Shown here: positions 26,973-34,438 of the stretch, piece by piece
Layout: each line of letters opens with the position of its first letter
Position numbering within the stretch: the stretch's first letter is position 1
Source of the DNA: a virus
Taxonomy: Duplodnaviria > Caudoviricetes
Virus record (IMG/VR): IMGVR_UViG_3300037478_000411
Span: 1 to 38,727 of that record
DNA length: 38,727 nt
Direction: 5' to 3' (one strand)
Translations under genes and position numbers: made by a program
Notes under the pieces: model-generated
What the model saw: the letters and a program-made list of their open reading frames with translations, nothing else
Databases searched by the model: none
What the model was told of the DNA's origin: nothing

Positions 26973-27769
26973 ACGACTTCAACGACCTGTATCCGAAACC
27001 GTTACGACTGCTGTTCTACGACACCGAGAATACGCAGATCGAAATCGGAGGGCGGGTCTGGTCGCTACGGCAAGAGGGCTATCTGCCTCACCATTTCGTC
27101 AAACAGCCGAAGCATCTGATCTGCTGGTCGGCGAAGTTCTCCGACGAAACCGAAGTCCGCTCCCAGGTTCTCACGTCGAAGGAGGCGAAGGCTCACGACG
27201 ACGGACGGATTGCTGACGGGCTCGCCAAGCTGATAGGCAAGGCGGACTATGTGGTCGCCCACAACGGCGACTCGTTCGACATCAAGAATCTGAACACCCG
27301 CCTGTTGGCCAACAAGCTGACACCGTTGGGGAACATCCAGTCGATCGACACTCTGAAAATATCACGCCAGTCGTTCAACCTGGAGTCGAACAAGCTCGAC
27401 TATCTCGCTCAGTTCCTACAGTTCGACGGGAAACTACCCACATCTATGTCCCTGTGGGATCGCTGTTGGGATGGCGAGTCAGTGGCGCTGGCGGAAATGC
27501 GCGCTTACAACGAGTACGACTCGGTGCTGCTGGAACATGTTTTCCACGCCATCTCCCCCTACTCAAAAACCCTTCCGAGACTGGTCGACGCGGCGGAATG
27601 GCGACAAGAGTTGTGTCCATACTGCGGAAGCCAGGAGCGCACCAAGTCGAAGGTGCCGCATCGGACGAAGGTGAACACCTACCCGAAGTATCGGTGTTCC
27701 GGTTGTAAGCGGGAGTATCGGGGCTGGCAGGCGGTCGGCTCTAAGAAACCAGCCAGCGTCGGCCTCTAA
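26969..27769 (+). CDS. RNase H-like/DnaQ (DEDDy) 3'-5' exonuclease with C-terminal zinc ribbon
   Basis: FYDTE, AHNGDSFD, IDTL, NKLDYLA, YNEYD; CPYC...CSGC. Confidence 0.85.
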   Translation: MNDFNDLYPKPLRLLFYDTENTQIEIGGRVWSLRQEGYLPHHFVKQPKHLICWSAKFSDETEVRSQVLTSKEAKAHDDGRIADGLAKLIGKADYVVAHNGDSFDIKNLNTRLLANKLTPLGNIQSIDTLKISRQSFNLESNKLDYLAQFLQFDGKLPTSMSLWDRCWDGESVALAEMRAYNEYDSVLLEHVFHAISPYSKTLPRLVDAAEWRQELCPYCGSQERTKSKVPHRTKVNTYPKYRCSGCKREYRGWQAVGSKKPASVGL

Positions 27770-27773
27770 CAAT

Positions 27774-28115
27774 TCGGTGTCCGCTGCTGCGCACGGCGGT
27801 TACCGACAGCCAGGTCAGTCCGAAAGGTGATGCGCGAGAGCCAGTGCCCCCGTCGTGAGGCGGGGATTACGCCGCCAACCATTTCGATGGGGAAGCACTC
27901 TCGTTGCGCTGACCTGGCGTTCTCTTCCTCGGCTGCCCGGTCCCGCCCCCGGCCTGTCGAGGACCTCCGGAGCAGGGGGCTTCTCTCCCGGCCCCCTGCT
28001 CCACCGCAAAGGTTCGGATGTTCCGTGTTCTTCCGGGGAACGCGACATCCCGTCAGGCAGCCCCTCAACGCGTGGGGGGACGAAGTGGAGTCGGCGCGCT
28101 GCCTTGCCCTCCACA
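27774..28115 (+). ncRNA. unclassified highly structured RNA
   Basis: Nested stems with GAAA, GUGA and UUCG tetraloops; 10-bp closing helix 27809-27818/27909-27918; 12-bp hairpin 27969-28002; no credible CDS. Confidence 0.6.
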
Positions 28116-28119
28116 TTCA

Positions 28120-28180
28120 CTCACGGCATACCTCACGAAGTTGTGAGGTATGCCCAACTTGTGAGGTATTGCCCTGTGAG
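28120..28180. repeat. inverted/direct repeat cluster of ATACCTCAC / GTGAGGTAT
   Basis: GGCATACCTCAC-gaagtt-GTGAGGTATGCC plus a third copy at 28161. Confidence 0.8.
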
Positions 28181-28376
28181 CGCAACGTTCTTGCACCGTC
28201 AGGTCAGTATTGAGACTGCTGCTATTGGGATTGTCTCCACATGGGAGGCGGCGGTGCTTCTCTCCGGTCATGGGCCGACCGTGACCAGCCAGGTTCGACG
28301 TCTGCCGAAACCGTTACGGGTTCTCCTGGTCGCCGGATTGACCGCCTGGATGGTCCAACACTTCGAGGTGCGCTGA
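28176..28376 (+). CDS. small membrane protein
   Basis: Two hydrophobic segments ending in ...WMVQHF; start uncertain. Confidence 0.55.
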   Translation: MSATFLHRQVSIETAAIGIVSTWEAAVLLSGHGPTVTSQVRRLPKPLRVLLVAGLTAWMVQHFEVR

Positions 28377-28522
28377 TGGCCATTCACGCTCCCGTCGCCG
28401 CCGTCATCTGCCCCCGTTGCCCGTCAGACTCTGCAACCCCCTACTTCGTCCAAGACCATTCGGGGCGGCTGGTCTGCACCGTATTGGAATGCATGGTCTG
28501 CGGCTTCCTGCAGCTCGTCTGA
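28376..28522 (+). CDS. small zinc-ribbon protein
   Basis: CPRC...CMVC; TGATG coupling. Confidence 0.55.
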   Translation: MAIHAPVAAVICPRCPSDSATPYFVQDHSGRLVCTVLECMVCGFLQLV

Positions 28523-28650
28523 TGTACGTCACATTCTTGGATGCGTCGGCGAACGCGCAGCTTGTCGGCCGGCTGTTCAGAGATCTCATATCCGACTTAG
28601 AAACGGAAACACTGGCCGACATGCTCGGCCTCGAAGAAGGAGAGACATGA
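28522..28650 (+). CDS. hypothetical protein, 42 aa
   Basis: TGATG coupling in a gene chain. Confidence 0.45.
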   Translation: MYVTFLDASANAQLVGRLFRDLISDLETETLADMLGLEEGET

Positions 28651-28877
28651 GCCAACAGATCCTCGTATCACAACCATCAGCGAAGCCGACTAGGAAGGTG
28701 CGGATTGCCGGTTACGCCACGGCAGCCCTCACCATTGCCGTCTATGTCGCTTCTGCTATAGGCGGAGAAGAGGTCATCTCCGAGGAGGCGTTGACCAATG
28801 CGATAACCGTCCTGGGCACCGCCCTGGTTCCCGTGGTGAGCGCATGGCTGGCCAAATCGGATGCGACCGAAGCGTGA
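28647..28877 (+). CDS. holin-like 2-TM protein
   Basis: AGGAGA RBS; PTRKV followed by two TM helices. Confidence 0.6.
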   Translation: MSQQILVSQPSAKPTRKVRIAGYATAALTIAVYVASAIGGEEVISEEALTNAITVLGTALVPVVSAWLAKSDATEA

Positions 28878-29089
28878 GCTTCTACACGTGGGCGTGGCTG
28901 TTCTGGCTCGCCTTCTTCCTCACCATTGAAGGATCCGCCATCTTCCGCAAAGCCCGAGGCGCAACCCTATCCGAACATGTTTGGGCCTGGTTCCAAATCA
29001 AAGACAAGCCCGCCCAGTGGACATGGCGGCGGATAGTCCTAGCAGGATTCCTCTGCTGGCTGCTCATCCACATGGTCGCCGGATTCTAA
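28874..29089 (+). CDS. Trp-rich 2-TM membrane protein
   Basis: WAWLFWL...EG...TLSEHVWAWF...WLLIH. Confidence 0.6.
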   Translation: MSFYTWAWLFWLAFFLTIEGSAIFRKARGATLSEHVWAWFQIKDKPAQWTWRRIVLAGFLCWLLIHMVAGF

Positions 29090-29116
29090 AGGAGAACTCG
29101 ATATGGGAGACAAACT

Positions 29117-29401
29117 ATGAAGATTTTCGTTGACTGGCCGTGGAGCTCAGATGTTCGCCGTTACGGGGTGCCAGCCCGTGCCTACATTCACACCAAAGGC
29201 TGGCTGATCACCATAGGTCTGTTCCCCTGGGTGAGAGGACAGGTGTGGACTGGGGCCGAAGGCTGGACGGGACGGATGCGTTGGATCACTTGGGCGCCCA
29301 CCTTCAAGTATCACCGACCTGAAGCCTGCAATGTAGGCACTCTCCCTTCGGGCTTTTCGGATTCTTCTGGTGGCAACGTGAACGTAGTGTGGGGAGATTG
29401 A
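29117..29401 (+). CDS. hypothetical Trp-rich protein
   Basis: GGGAGA RBS; fills the gap before the ClpP-like gene. Confidence 0.5.
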   Translation: MKIFVDWPWSSDVRRYGVPARAYIHTKGWLITIGLFPWVRGQVWTGAEGWTGRMRWITWAPTFKYHRPEACNVGTLPSGFSDSSGGNVNVVWGD

Positions 29402-29402
29402 T

Positions 29403-30131
29403 ATGGGAGACGAACAGCAGCAGGTCAGTCCCGCCGAACAGGCGGCGAACGCGGCACGGGCCCGTGCTGAAGCCGCCAAGTTTCTTGCCGAAGCCCGCAA
29501 GGAGGATGCGCTCGCCCGGAGTGCGGAAGCATCAGCCGACCAGGCTGAGTTGAAGGCGACCGTCGCCGGCGAGGAGGATGCTGCCCGTCGGGCATCCGAC
29601 GAACATAACCATGTGTACCGGTTCGACGGAGAAGTCGGAGCCACCTCGGTTGGCAAGTGTATTAGCAAGCTGACCGAATGGCATCGGCTCGACCCCGACT
29701 GTCCCATCGAAGTCATCTTCTCAAGTCCGGGCGGGAGTATTTTTGATGGTATGGAGCTTTTCGACTTTATCGTCGAGCTGGGTGAGAACGGTCATGAGGT
29801 TACGACCGGTGGGGCGGGCATGGCCGCCTCAATGGCGGGGATTCTCGTCCAGGCCGGTACGAAACGGTTCCTCACCAAAGAATGCTGGCTGCTCATCCAC
29901 CGGGCCGCGTTCGGTGTGGTGGGTCAGACCTTCGAGATTGAGGATCGGGTGAAGCTGATCCAGCGGATCGAGAAGCGGATCATCGACATTTTCGTCTCCC
30001 GGTCGAATGGGAAACTGTCAGCGTCGAAGATCAAACGGAATTGGGAGCGCCGCGACTGGTGGCTGTCATCCGACGACTGTCTGACGTTAGGGCTGATCGA
30101 CGAGGTGCGCGGACAGATTCCCGCCGTCTGA
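29403..30131 (+). CDS. clpP: ClpP-like serine protease with N-terminal Ala-rich helical extension
   Basis: SSPGGSIFDG, AASMAG (Ser), LIH (His), RRDWWL (Asp), GLIDEV. Confidence 0.85.
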   Translation: MGDEQQQVSPAEQAANAARARAEAAKFLAEARKEDALARSAEASADQAELKATVAGEEDAARRASDEHNHVYRFDGEVGATSVGKCISKLTEWHRLDPDCPIEVIFSSPGGSIFDGMELFDFIVELGENGHEVTTGGAGMAASMAGILVQAGTKRFLTKECWLLIHRAAFGVVGQTFEIEDRVKLIQRIEKRIIDIFVSRSNGKLSASKIKRNWERRDWWLSSDDCLTLGLIDEVRGQIPAV

Positions 30132-30188
30132 GAAGCCTGGTATGATCTGTGTACGAAACGACTGTTTCTAGTCCTGATCTGCCCGTCT

Positions 30189-30218
30189 GCACCCCCCGTC
30201 GTTATTGGCGGGGGGTGT
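30189..30218 (+). terminator. GC-rich hairpin after the ClpP-like gene
   Basis: GCACCCCCCGTC-gttat-TGGCGGGGGGTGT; weak U tract. Confidence 0.5.
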
Positions 30219-30260
30219 TGACATTCCCGACAACATGTAGATAATGGACAGCATGGGAGA
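30216..30260 (+). promoter_or_regulatory. duplicated promoter, copy 1
   Basis: TTGACA-16-GATAAT with TGTTG...CAACA inverted repeat; near-identical to 31088-31132. Confidence 0.7.
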
Positions 30261-30450
30261 ATCAGCAGACAGTTTCGTGGACTACGACCTGCCCGGCCGT
30301 GGGACCACTCGTTTTCATTGGGAGTACGAACAAGTGAACGTTGAGATTGCCACGATGGCCGACCCGCCCGGATCGGTGCCCCCCCGCATCTACATTCGCC
30401 GGCGCATGGTGTCCGACTGGGAACCGTACAACCCCGTAGAGGTCGCATGA
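30253..30450 (+). CDS. hypothetical protein (probably leaderless)
   Basis: ATG 7 nt after the -10 box. Confidence 0.5.
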   Translation: MGESADSFVDYDLPGRGTTRFHWEYEQVNVEIATMADPPGSVPPRIYIRRRMVSDWEPYNPVEVA

Positions 30451-30623
30451 GCACAATTGATATGATGCAGTTTGAATTGGGCGACGAATTGCCGCCGGGT
30501 GTCCGTGTGGTGTTCGCCTCACTGCGCGAGGGCGGCGGGATAACAGCCATCGTCATCATTGACGACACCGACGGTGTGTTGAAGCATCACCACGACTGCG
30601 ATGAGCATCACCCCCTGGCGTGA
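30447..30623 (+). CDS. hypothetical protein, 58 aa, His-rich C-terminus
   Basis: ATGA overlap; read manually. Confidence 0.45.
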   Translation: MSTIDMMQFELGDELPPGVRVVFASLREGGGITAIVIIDDTDGVLKHHHDCDEHHPLA

Positions 30624-30628
30624 CGGCG

Positions 30629-30862
30629 GTTACAAATCAGGTTACAGGGACCATGACCGGATACCTCATAGATGCGGGGTAGCTCACGAAATCGTGAGGT
30701 ATCTATTAGGCTCCGCGGGTAGGACTCGAACCTACAACCAATGGATTAACAGTCCAACGGTCATACACGACAACAGATATCACCAGCTATCACATATGGC
30801 AGGTGGGAGACGACAACAGATATCAGGAGTGATCAAATGAGTACGTTACAAACGGCGTTACA
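30629..30862. repeat. attP accessory repeats (arm-type and Xis-like sites)
   Basis: GTTACA pairs with 12-bp period at 30629/30641 and 30845/30857; ACGACAACAGATATCA at 30767 and 30810. Confidence 0.7.
30709..30756 (-). mobile_element. attP core: 3' half of tRNA-Asn(GTT)
   Basis: Minus strand TGGACTGTTAATCCATTGGTTGTAGGTTCGAGTCCTACCCGCGGAGCC = anticodon arm, T arm and acceptor 3' strand; no 5' half. Confidence 0.88.
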
Positions 30863-31055
30863 CAGGGGCGGGTGCCCTCACCTAGACCTCGGCGTCTGCA
30901 CCTGTAAGGGAGCAACTCCTTCATCGCCGAAGCAACGCGGGTGGGAGTGTCCGGGCTGCGGGCGCGCTTTCGCACCTTGGTTCCGCGGTCCCTGTCTACA
31001 CGGAGCCGACGATGCTGGAAGCAATTCTGCGGCTCCCGGCCCGTTCACCTGCTGA
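30837..31055 (+). CDS. small Cys-rich protein
   Basis: AGGAG RBS; GWECPGCGR; overlaps the arm-type repeats. Confidence 0.4.
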   Translation: MSTLQTALHRGGCPHLDLGVCTCKGATPSSPKQRGWECPGCGRAFAPWFRGPCLHGADDAGSNSAAPGPFTC

Positions 31056-31087
31056 TTAGTCGTCCCATCGCCTCAGCCGCCAACTCC

Positions 31088-31132
31088 TGTTGACATTCCC
31101 GGCAACATGTAGATAATGGACAGTATGGGAGA
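31088..31132 (+). promoter_or_regulatory. duplicated promoter, copy 2
   Basis: TTGACA-16-GATAAT; two substitutions versus copy 1. Confidence 0.7.
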
Positions 31133-31141
31133 TCAGACCAT

Positions 31142-31336
31142 ATGAACACACTTCAGGTGCTGACCCTGACCCTAGCCATTATCAGCTACGCGGTCTTCGC
31201 ATACGCGGCACTGGACGCTTGGTTCCACTCGGCGCAACTCCAACGTGCCATTGACGGCCTCGAGCCTCGAGCGCATCGTTGGGAATGGCAGACTCATCTA
31301 GACCAATGGTTAGACGCACTTATCGAGCGAGTATGA
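31142..31336 (+). CDS. small single-TM protein
   Basis: Hydrophobic N-terminus; downstream of promoter copy 2. Confidence 0.55.
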   Translation: MNTLQVLTLTLAIISYAVFAYAALDAWFHSAQLQRAIDGLEPRAHRWEWQTHLDQWLDALIERV

Positions 31337-31692
31337 GCGAGTTCTTCGATCCTGTCCGAAACATCCAGTCGATCGGACCTTTCCGGCGTTATCCGGTTGT
31401 GATGAACGGATGGACGGTGCCTCACCTAGAGGCCAAGGAAACCAGTCAGGGTGTCACCCTCATGCTCGACCACAGATTCACTATTGATCTGAACGAGTCG
31501 ACCGAGCCCGGAGCTGTCGTCTGGTTCATCGCCAATGCGGTCGCCGTGGCCAAGGGTTACGCCTGCCATCCGACTAAGGACGGCTGGGCAGACGAGGACA
31601 GGACTAACCCCCCATCGAATCCGATGTGGCCTTGGCGGCATATGGCGTCGGGCGATTATCTGGCCGTGAGTGGCGCGTCACCCGCTGATTAG
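31333..31692 (+). CDS. hypothetical protein
   Basis: ATGA overlap; converges on the integrase. Confidence 0.6.
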   Translation: MSEFFDPVRNIQSIGPFRRYPVVMNGWTVPHLEAKETSQGVTLMLDHRFTIDLNESTEPGAVVWFIANAVAVAKGYACHPTKDGWADEDRTNPPSNPMWPWRHMASGDYLAVSGASPAD

Positions 31693-32799
31693 TCTGCCCA
31701 TCATCTCGGCAGCGCCACGCCGCGCATCGTCGGTCCCATGCGTATACCGGTCAAGGCTGAATCCGACGGTGGCATGGCCGAGCAGCTGGCTGACGGTTTT
31801 GGGGTCGATGCCTGCGGCTACGGCGAGGGTTCCCCAGGTATGTCGGACATCATGTAGCCGGACCTCTGGTACTTGGGCCTGACGGGCTAGCCGTTTGAAC
31901 GCCTGCGAGTAGGCGTTGGGTCTGATCCCGGTGCCGTCCGGGTTGACCACAACGAATCCACTATCGGTCCACGCCTCGCCTTGTGCGAGGCGTTCCTTCT
32001 TTTGGCGGAATAGCTCGGACCGTAACACATATGTTACGCCCTCATCTAGGGGGATGGTTCGCCGTCCCTGCTTCGACTTGGGTGACGGCTTATCGACAAC
32101 CCGCCCTTGGATCTCAAGCCGGGTTGTACGTACATCTGCCGTACACGCCTCCAGGTCGACGTTCTCCCAGCGGAGCCCGCACACTTCCGCCCGGCGCATC
32201 CCAGTCGCTGCGGACAGCAGATAGCCGACCCCCCAACGGTGCTCTCTGGCGACTCGGAGGAAGGCGGTCAACTGGTCGGGCGTCCATGTGGCGAACTCTC
32301 TTTTCTCCTGCTTCGGAGTGATCGCCGACACGGCCGGGTTTTCGGACAGGTACTTCCACATGACCGCATGGGCGAACATGCCATGAAGCACACGGTGGAC
32401 AGCTTTGATCAGGGCCGGGCTCTTCCCCTCGTCCAACATCCGCCCGTACATGGCAGAGAGCAGATCAGGTGTGATGTCTCGGAGGCGTCGTCGGCCGATC
32501 AGGCGGACCGCATGATTATGCAGATGGGCCCGGTAGGAGACGAGCGTCGACTGTTCCACATCATTCCGGGCGGCCAGATACGTTTCAACAAACGCGGCCA
32601 CTTTCATGTCGCCACGCCGTTCGTCGAAACTCATGCCCTCTTTGAGTTCGGCAGCTTTCTCGTCAAGCCAGGCTCGAGCTGATTCCTCAGACGGTAGAAT
32701 CTTGGTCCGCTGCCGGCGTTGTCCGGTCACCGGATCCGAACCGATATCCCACCAGACTCGGAACCGGTCACCGTACGGACGTATCGTCCCCTTCATCAT
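31678..32799 (-). CDS. int: tyrosine integrase
   Basis: TGMRRAE, PKS, LHDVRHT, LGHA, DRYTH; N-terminal arm-binding domain (DPVTGQRRQ); AGGAG RBS before ATG 32799. Confidence 0.95.
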   Translation of the reverse strand: MMKGTIRPYGDRFRVWWDIGSDPVTGQRRQRTKILPSEESARAWLDEKAAELKEGMSFDERRGDMKVAAFVETYLAARNDVEQSTLVSYRAHLHNHAVRLIGRRRLRDITPDLLSAMYGRMLDEGKSPALIKAVHRVLHGMFAHAVMWKYLSENPAVSAITPKQEKREFATWTPDQLTAFLRVAREHRWGVGYLLSAATGMRRAEVCGLRWENVDLEACTADVRTTRLEIQGRVVDKPSPKSKQGRRTIPLDEGVTYVLRSELFRQKKERLAQGEAWTDSGFVVVNPDGTGIRPNAYSQAFKRLARQAQVPEVRLHDVRHTWGTLAVAAGIDPKTVSQLLGHATVGFSLDRYTHGTDDARRGAAEMMGRLISG

Positions 32800-32947
32800 C
32801 AAGCTCCTGCAATACAATCCCGAGTATCGCATCGACGAGACTGTCTATCCACTCTTGATCCACACGGACCCCCATCCGTCGTGGCCTCCCCACCTCACCC
32901 CTGACGCTATTCTGACCGTACAGGGCCCCGCCGATGGACGCATGGGT

Positions 32948-33319
32948 CTACTGGCCCAAAGTCTTCCGGATATCTTGCACCATCGCCGCAATGTGCTTCT
33001 CGATGACATTGCGTAACGCCTCTGAGATTTCTGGTCTTCTGGTCCAACCCTGGATTCCCAGGTCGCTGATTTGGTCCGCCGTCTCCAGCGGCCCGTCGTA
33101 GCCGGCAACGCGGAGCAGCTGACCTCCCGCCCCCGAAGCATCGTCGAGTCGTCGTAGATCCTTCTCGGCGGGTAGATGCACTCGGTCGCCTCGTTCCAGT
33201 CTGCTAACAAGTGAGAAGTTCCATTCGGCTTGTCTGGCTAGCTCACGTTGCGACAGTCCGGCCCGTTCCCTGGCGGTGCGTAGTGCGACTGCGAGGGGGC
33301 CGATCCGTGGGTCCGCCAT
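32948..33319 (-). CDS. XRE-family HTH immunity repressor
   Basis: LRTARERAGLSQRELA...VSRLERG; divergent from the Cro/Xis gene. Confidence 0.85.
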   Translation of the reverse strand: MADPRIGPLAVALRTARERAGLSQRELARQAEWNFSLVSRLERGDRVHLPAEKDLRRLDDASGAGGQLLRVAGYDGPLETADQISDLGIQGWTRRPEISEALRNVIEKHIAAMVQDIRKTLGQ

Positions 33320-33448
33320 TGTCTCCCTTTCGTCGGTCTGATGGTCATGTTGCCAGAGGCGGACTCACCGGTCAATAGGTGAATACCACCATAAATACAG
33401 GGGTGTAACCCACTCTGCGTGTCCTGGGGAAAGTTTTCTCACTTAGAG

Positions 33449-33487
33449 TGTTGACAGACAGCTCCACATGAGTATGCTCTATCAACA
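33449..33487 (+). promoter_or_regulatory. early lytic promoter
   Basis: TTGACA(33451)-16-TATGCT; TGTTGA/TCAACA inverted repeat; ATG 8 nt downstream. Confidence 0.65.
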
Positions 33488-33735
33488 TGAGTACCGGATC
33501 GGACACGACACTCGGCACCGCCCTCCGATATGCAGCCGAACGACTCCTCGAAGCCGCCGACGCAGCCGACCGGACCCGACTCCCCGAACTGCTCACTCCG
33601 AAGCAGGCCGCGGAAGTCTTCCAGGTTTCTCAGCAGACCGTCTACCGGTGGATCCAATCCGGCCGGTTAGAGGCAAAGCAGATCGGCGACCAGTATCGGA
33701 TACCCGCCGACGCCATCCGCAGGCTCGGCACATGA
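33487..33735 (+). CDS. excisionase/Cro-like HTH (HTH_17) protein
   Basis: LLTPKQAAEVFQVSQQTVYRWIQSGRLEAKQIGDQYRI. Confidence 0.88.
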   Translation: MSTGSDTTLGTALRYAAERLLEAADAADRTRLPELLTPKQAAEVFQVSQQTVYRWIQSGRLEAKQIGDQYRIPADAIRRLGT

Positions 33736-33809
33736 TCTGGCTGGTCCTCATCTGGACGGCCCTCATCATCCTGGGTGTCCTGTTCTTCATGGGGGCCAGC
33801 CGACGATGA
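33732..33809 (+). CDS. 25-aa membrane peptide
   Basis: ATGA overlaps at both ends; MIWLVLIWTALIILGVLFFMGASRR. Confidence 0.55.
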   Translation: MIWLVLIWTALIILGVLFFMGASRR

Positions 33810-34042
33810 GCCTCACCATGAACGACCTGCGGGTGCGATCAAGAGTAGAGCAAGTAGCTGGGCGAGCAATGGTTGTAGACGCTCGTCCCGTCACTCTCGA
33901 TGATCTGGTCGAAGTCCTCGAGGAGCAAGGGGCGGAGACGCGTCAGTGGCCCGGTCCCATATCGATGTATCCGAGGGGTCACCCGGATCTAGGCGACGAC
34001 CTGCCTGCTGGCACCTATCTGGTCTTAAAGGTCGACGCATGA
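33806..34042 (+). CDS. hypothetical protein
   Basis: Translationally coupled early gene chain. Confidence 0.55.
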   Translation: MSLTMNDLRVRSRVEQVAGRAMVVDARPVTLDDLVEVLEEQGAETRQWPGPISMYPRGHPDLGDDLPAGTYLVLKVDA

Positions 34043-34227
34043 GAACGTGGACGGTTCGGACTATCGCCCGTAGCGGCTCCGACTACATGGAGCTCACCTT
34101 CCCCACCTCGAGGCCCGCCTACCGGTTCGCCATCGACTGGTTCCTCGACGACCCCACCCTCCTACGCATCGAACTAACCGACTCGGCAGGCAGGGCGGAG
34201 CCGCTCGTCATGGACCGGAGGGGGTAG
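34039..34227 (+). CDS. hypothetical protein
   Basis: ATGA overlap. Confidence 0.55.
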   Translation: MRTWTVRTIARSGSDYMELTFPTSRPAYRFAIDWFLDDPTLLRIELTDSAGRAEPLVMDRRG

Positions 34228-34231
34228 AGCA

Positions 34232-34438
34232 GTGAACAAGGAACTGAAGGGTTGGCGCATCATCACTCGTCACAACGAAGCGCTCAACCGGACCGTCTAC
34301 CGGGTGTTCCTGCCGGGGGCGCATGACCGGTTCTACTCCCGGCCGCCCCAGTGGGAAGACTTCGACGATTACGACAGTGCTCTTGCCCACTACCACGACA
34401 GGGCCGGCTGGACGGTTGTTAACGAGGAGCAGCCATGA
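34232..34438 (+). CDS. hypothetical protein
   Basis: GGAGGGG RBS. Confidence 0.55.
   Translation: MNKELKGWRIITRHNEALNRTVYRVFLPGAHDRFYSRPPQWEDFDDYDSALAHYHDRAGWTVVNEEQP

Noticed and set aside
27809-27835. Resemblance to SRP RNA helix 8 (CCAGGTCAG.TCCGAAAGG)
   Set aside because: The required 3' AGCAG side is missing, and the 5' segment pairs elsewhere (27909-27918)
27925-27980. Twister-ribozyme-like CCGGTCCC...CCCGG segment
   Set aside because: Lacks the conserved UAA and AAGC nucleotides; better explained as a simple hairpin
28055-28114. HDV-like ribozyme from the crossing helices
   Set aside because: Only 7 nt where P3/L3 would need about 13; no P4 or J4/2
27827-28213. ORFs of 101-173 aa over the structured region
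   Set aside because: No RBS, low-complexity Arg/Pro/Ser translations on both strands; only the part from 28176 looks coding
30672-30756. Complete tRNA gene
   Set aside because: Only the 3' half is present on minus; the GCGGGGTAGCTCA look-alike is on the opposite strand and forms no cloverleaf
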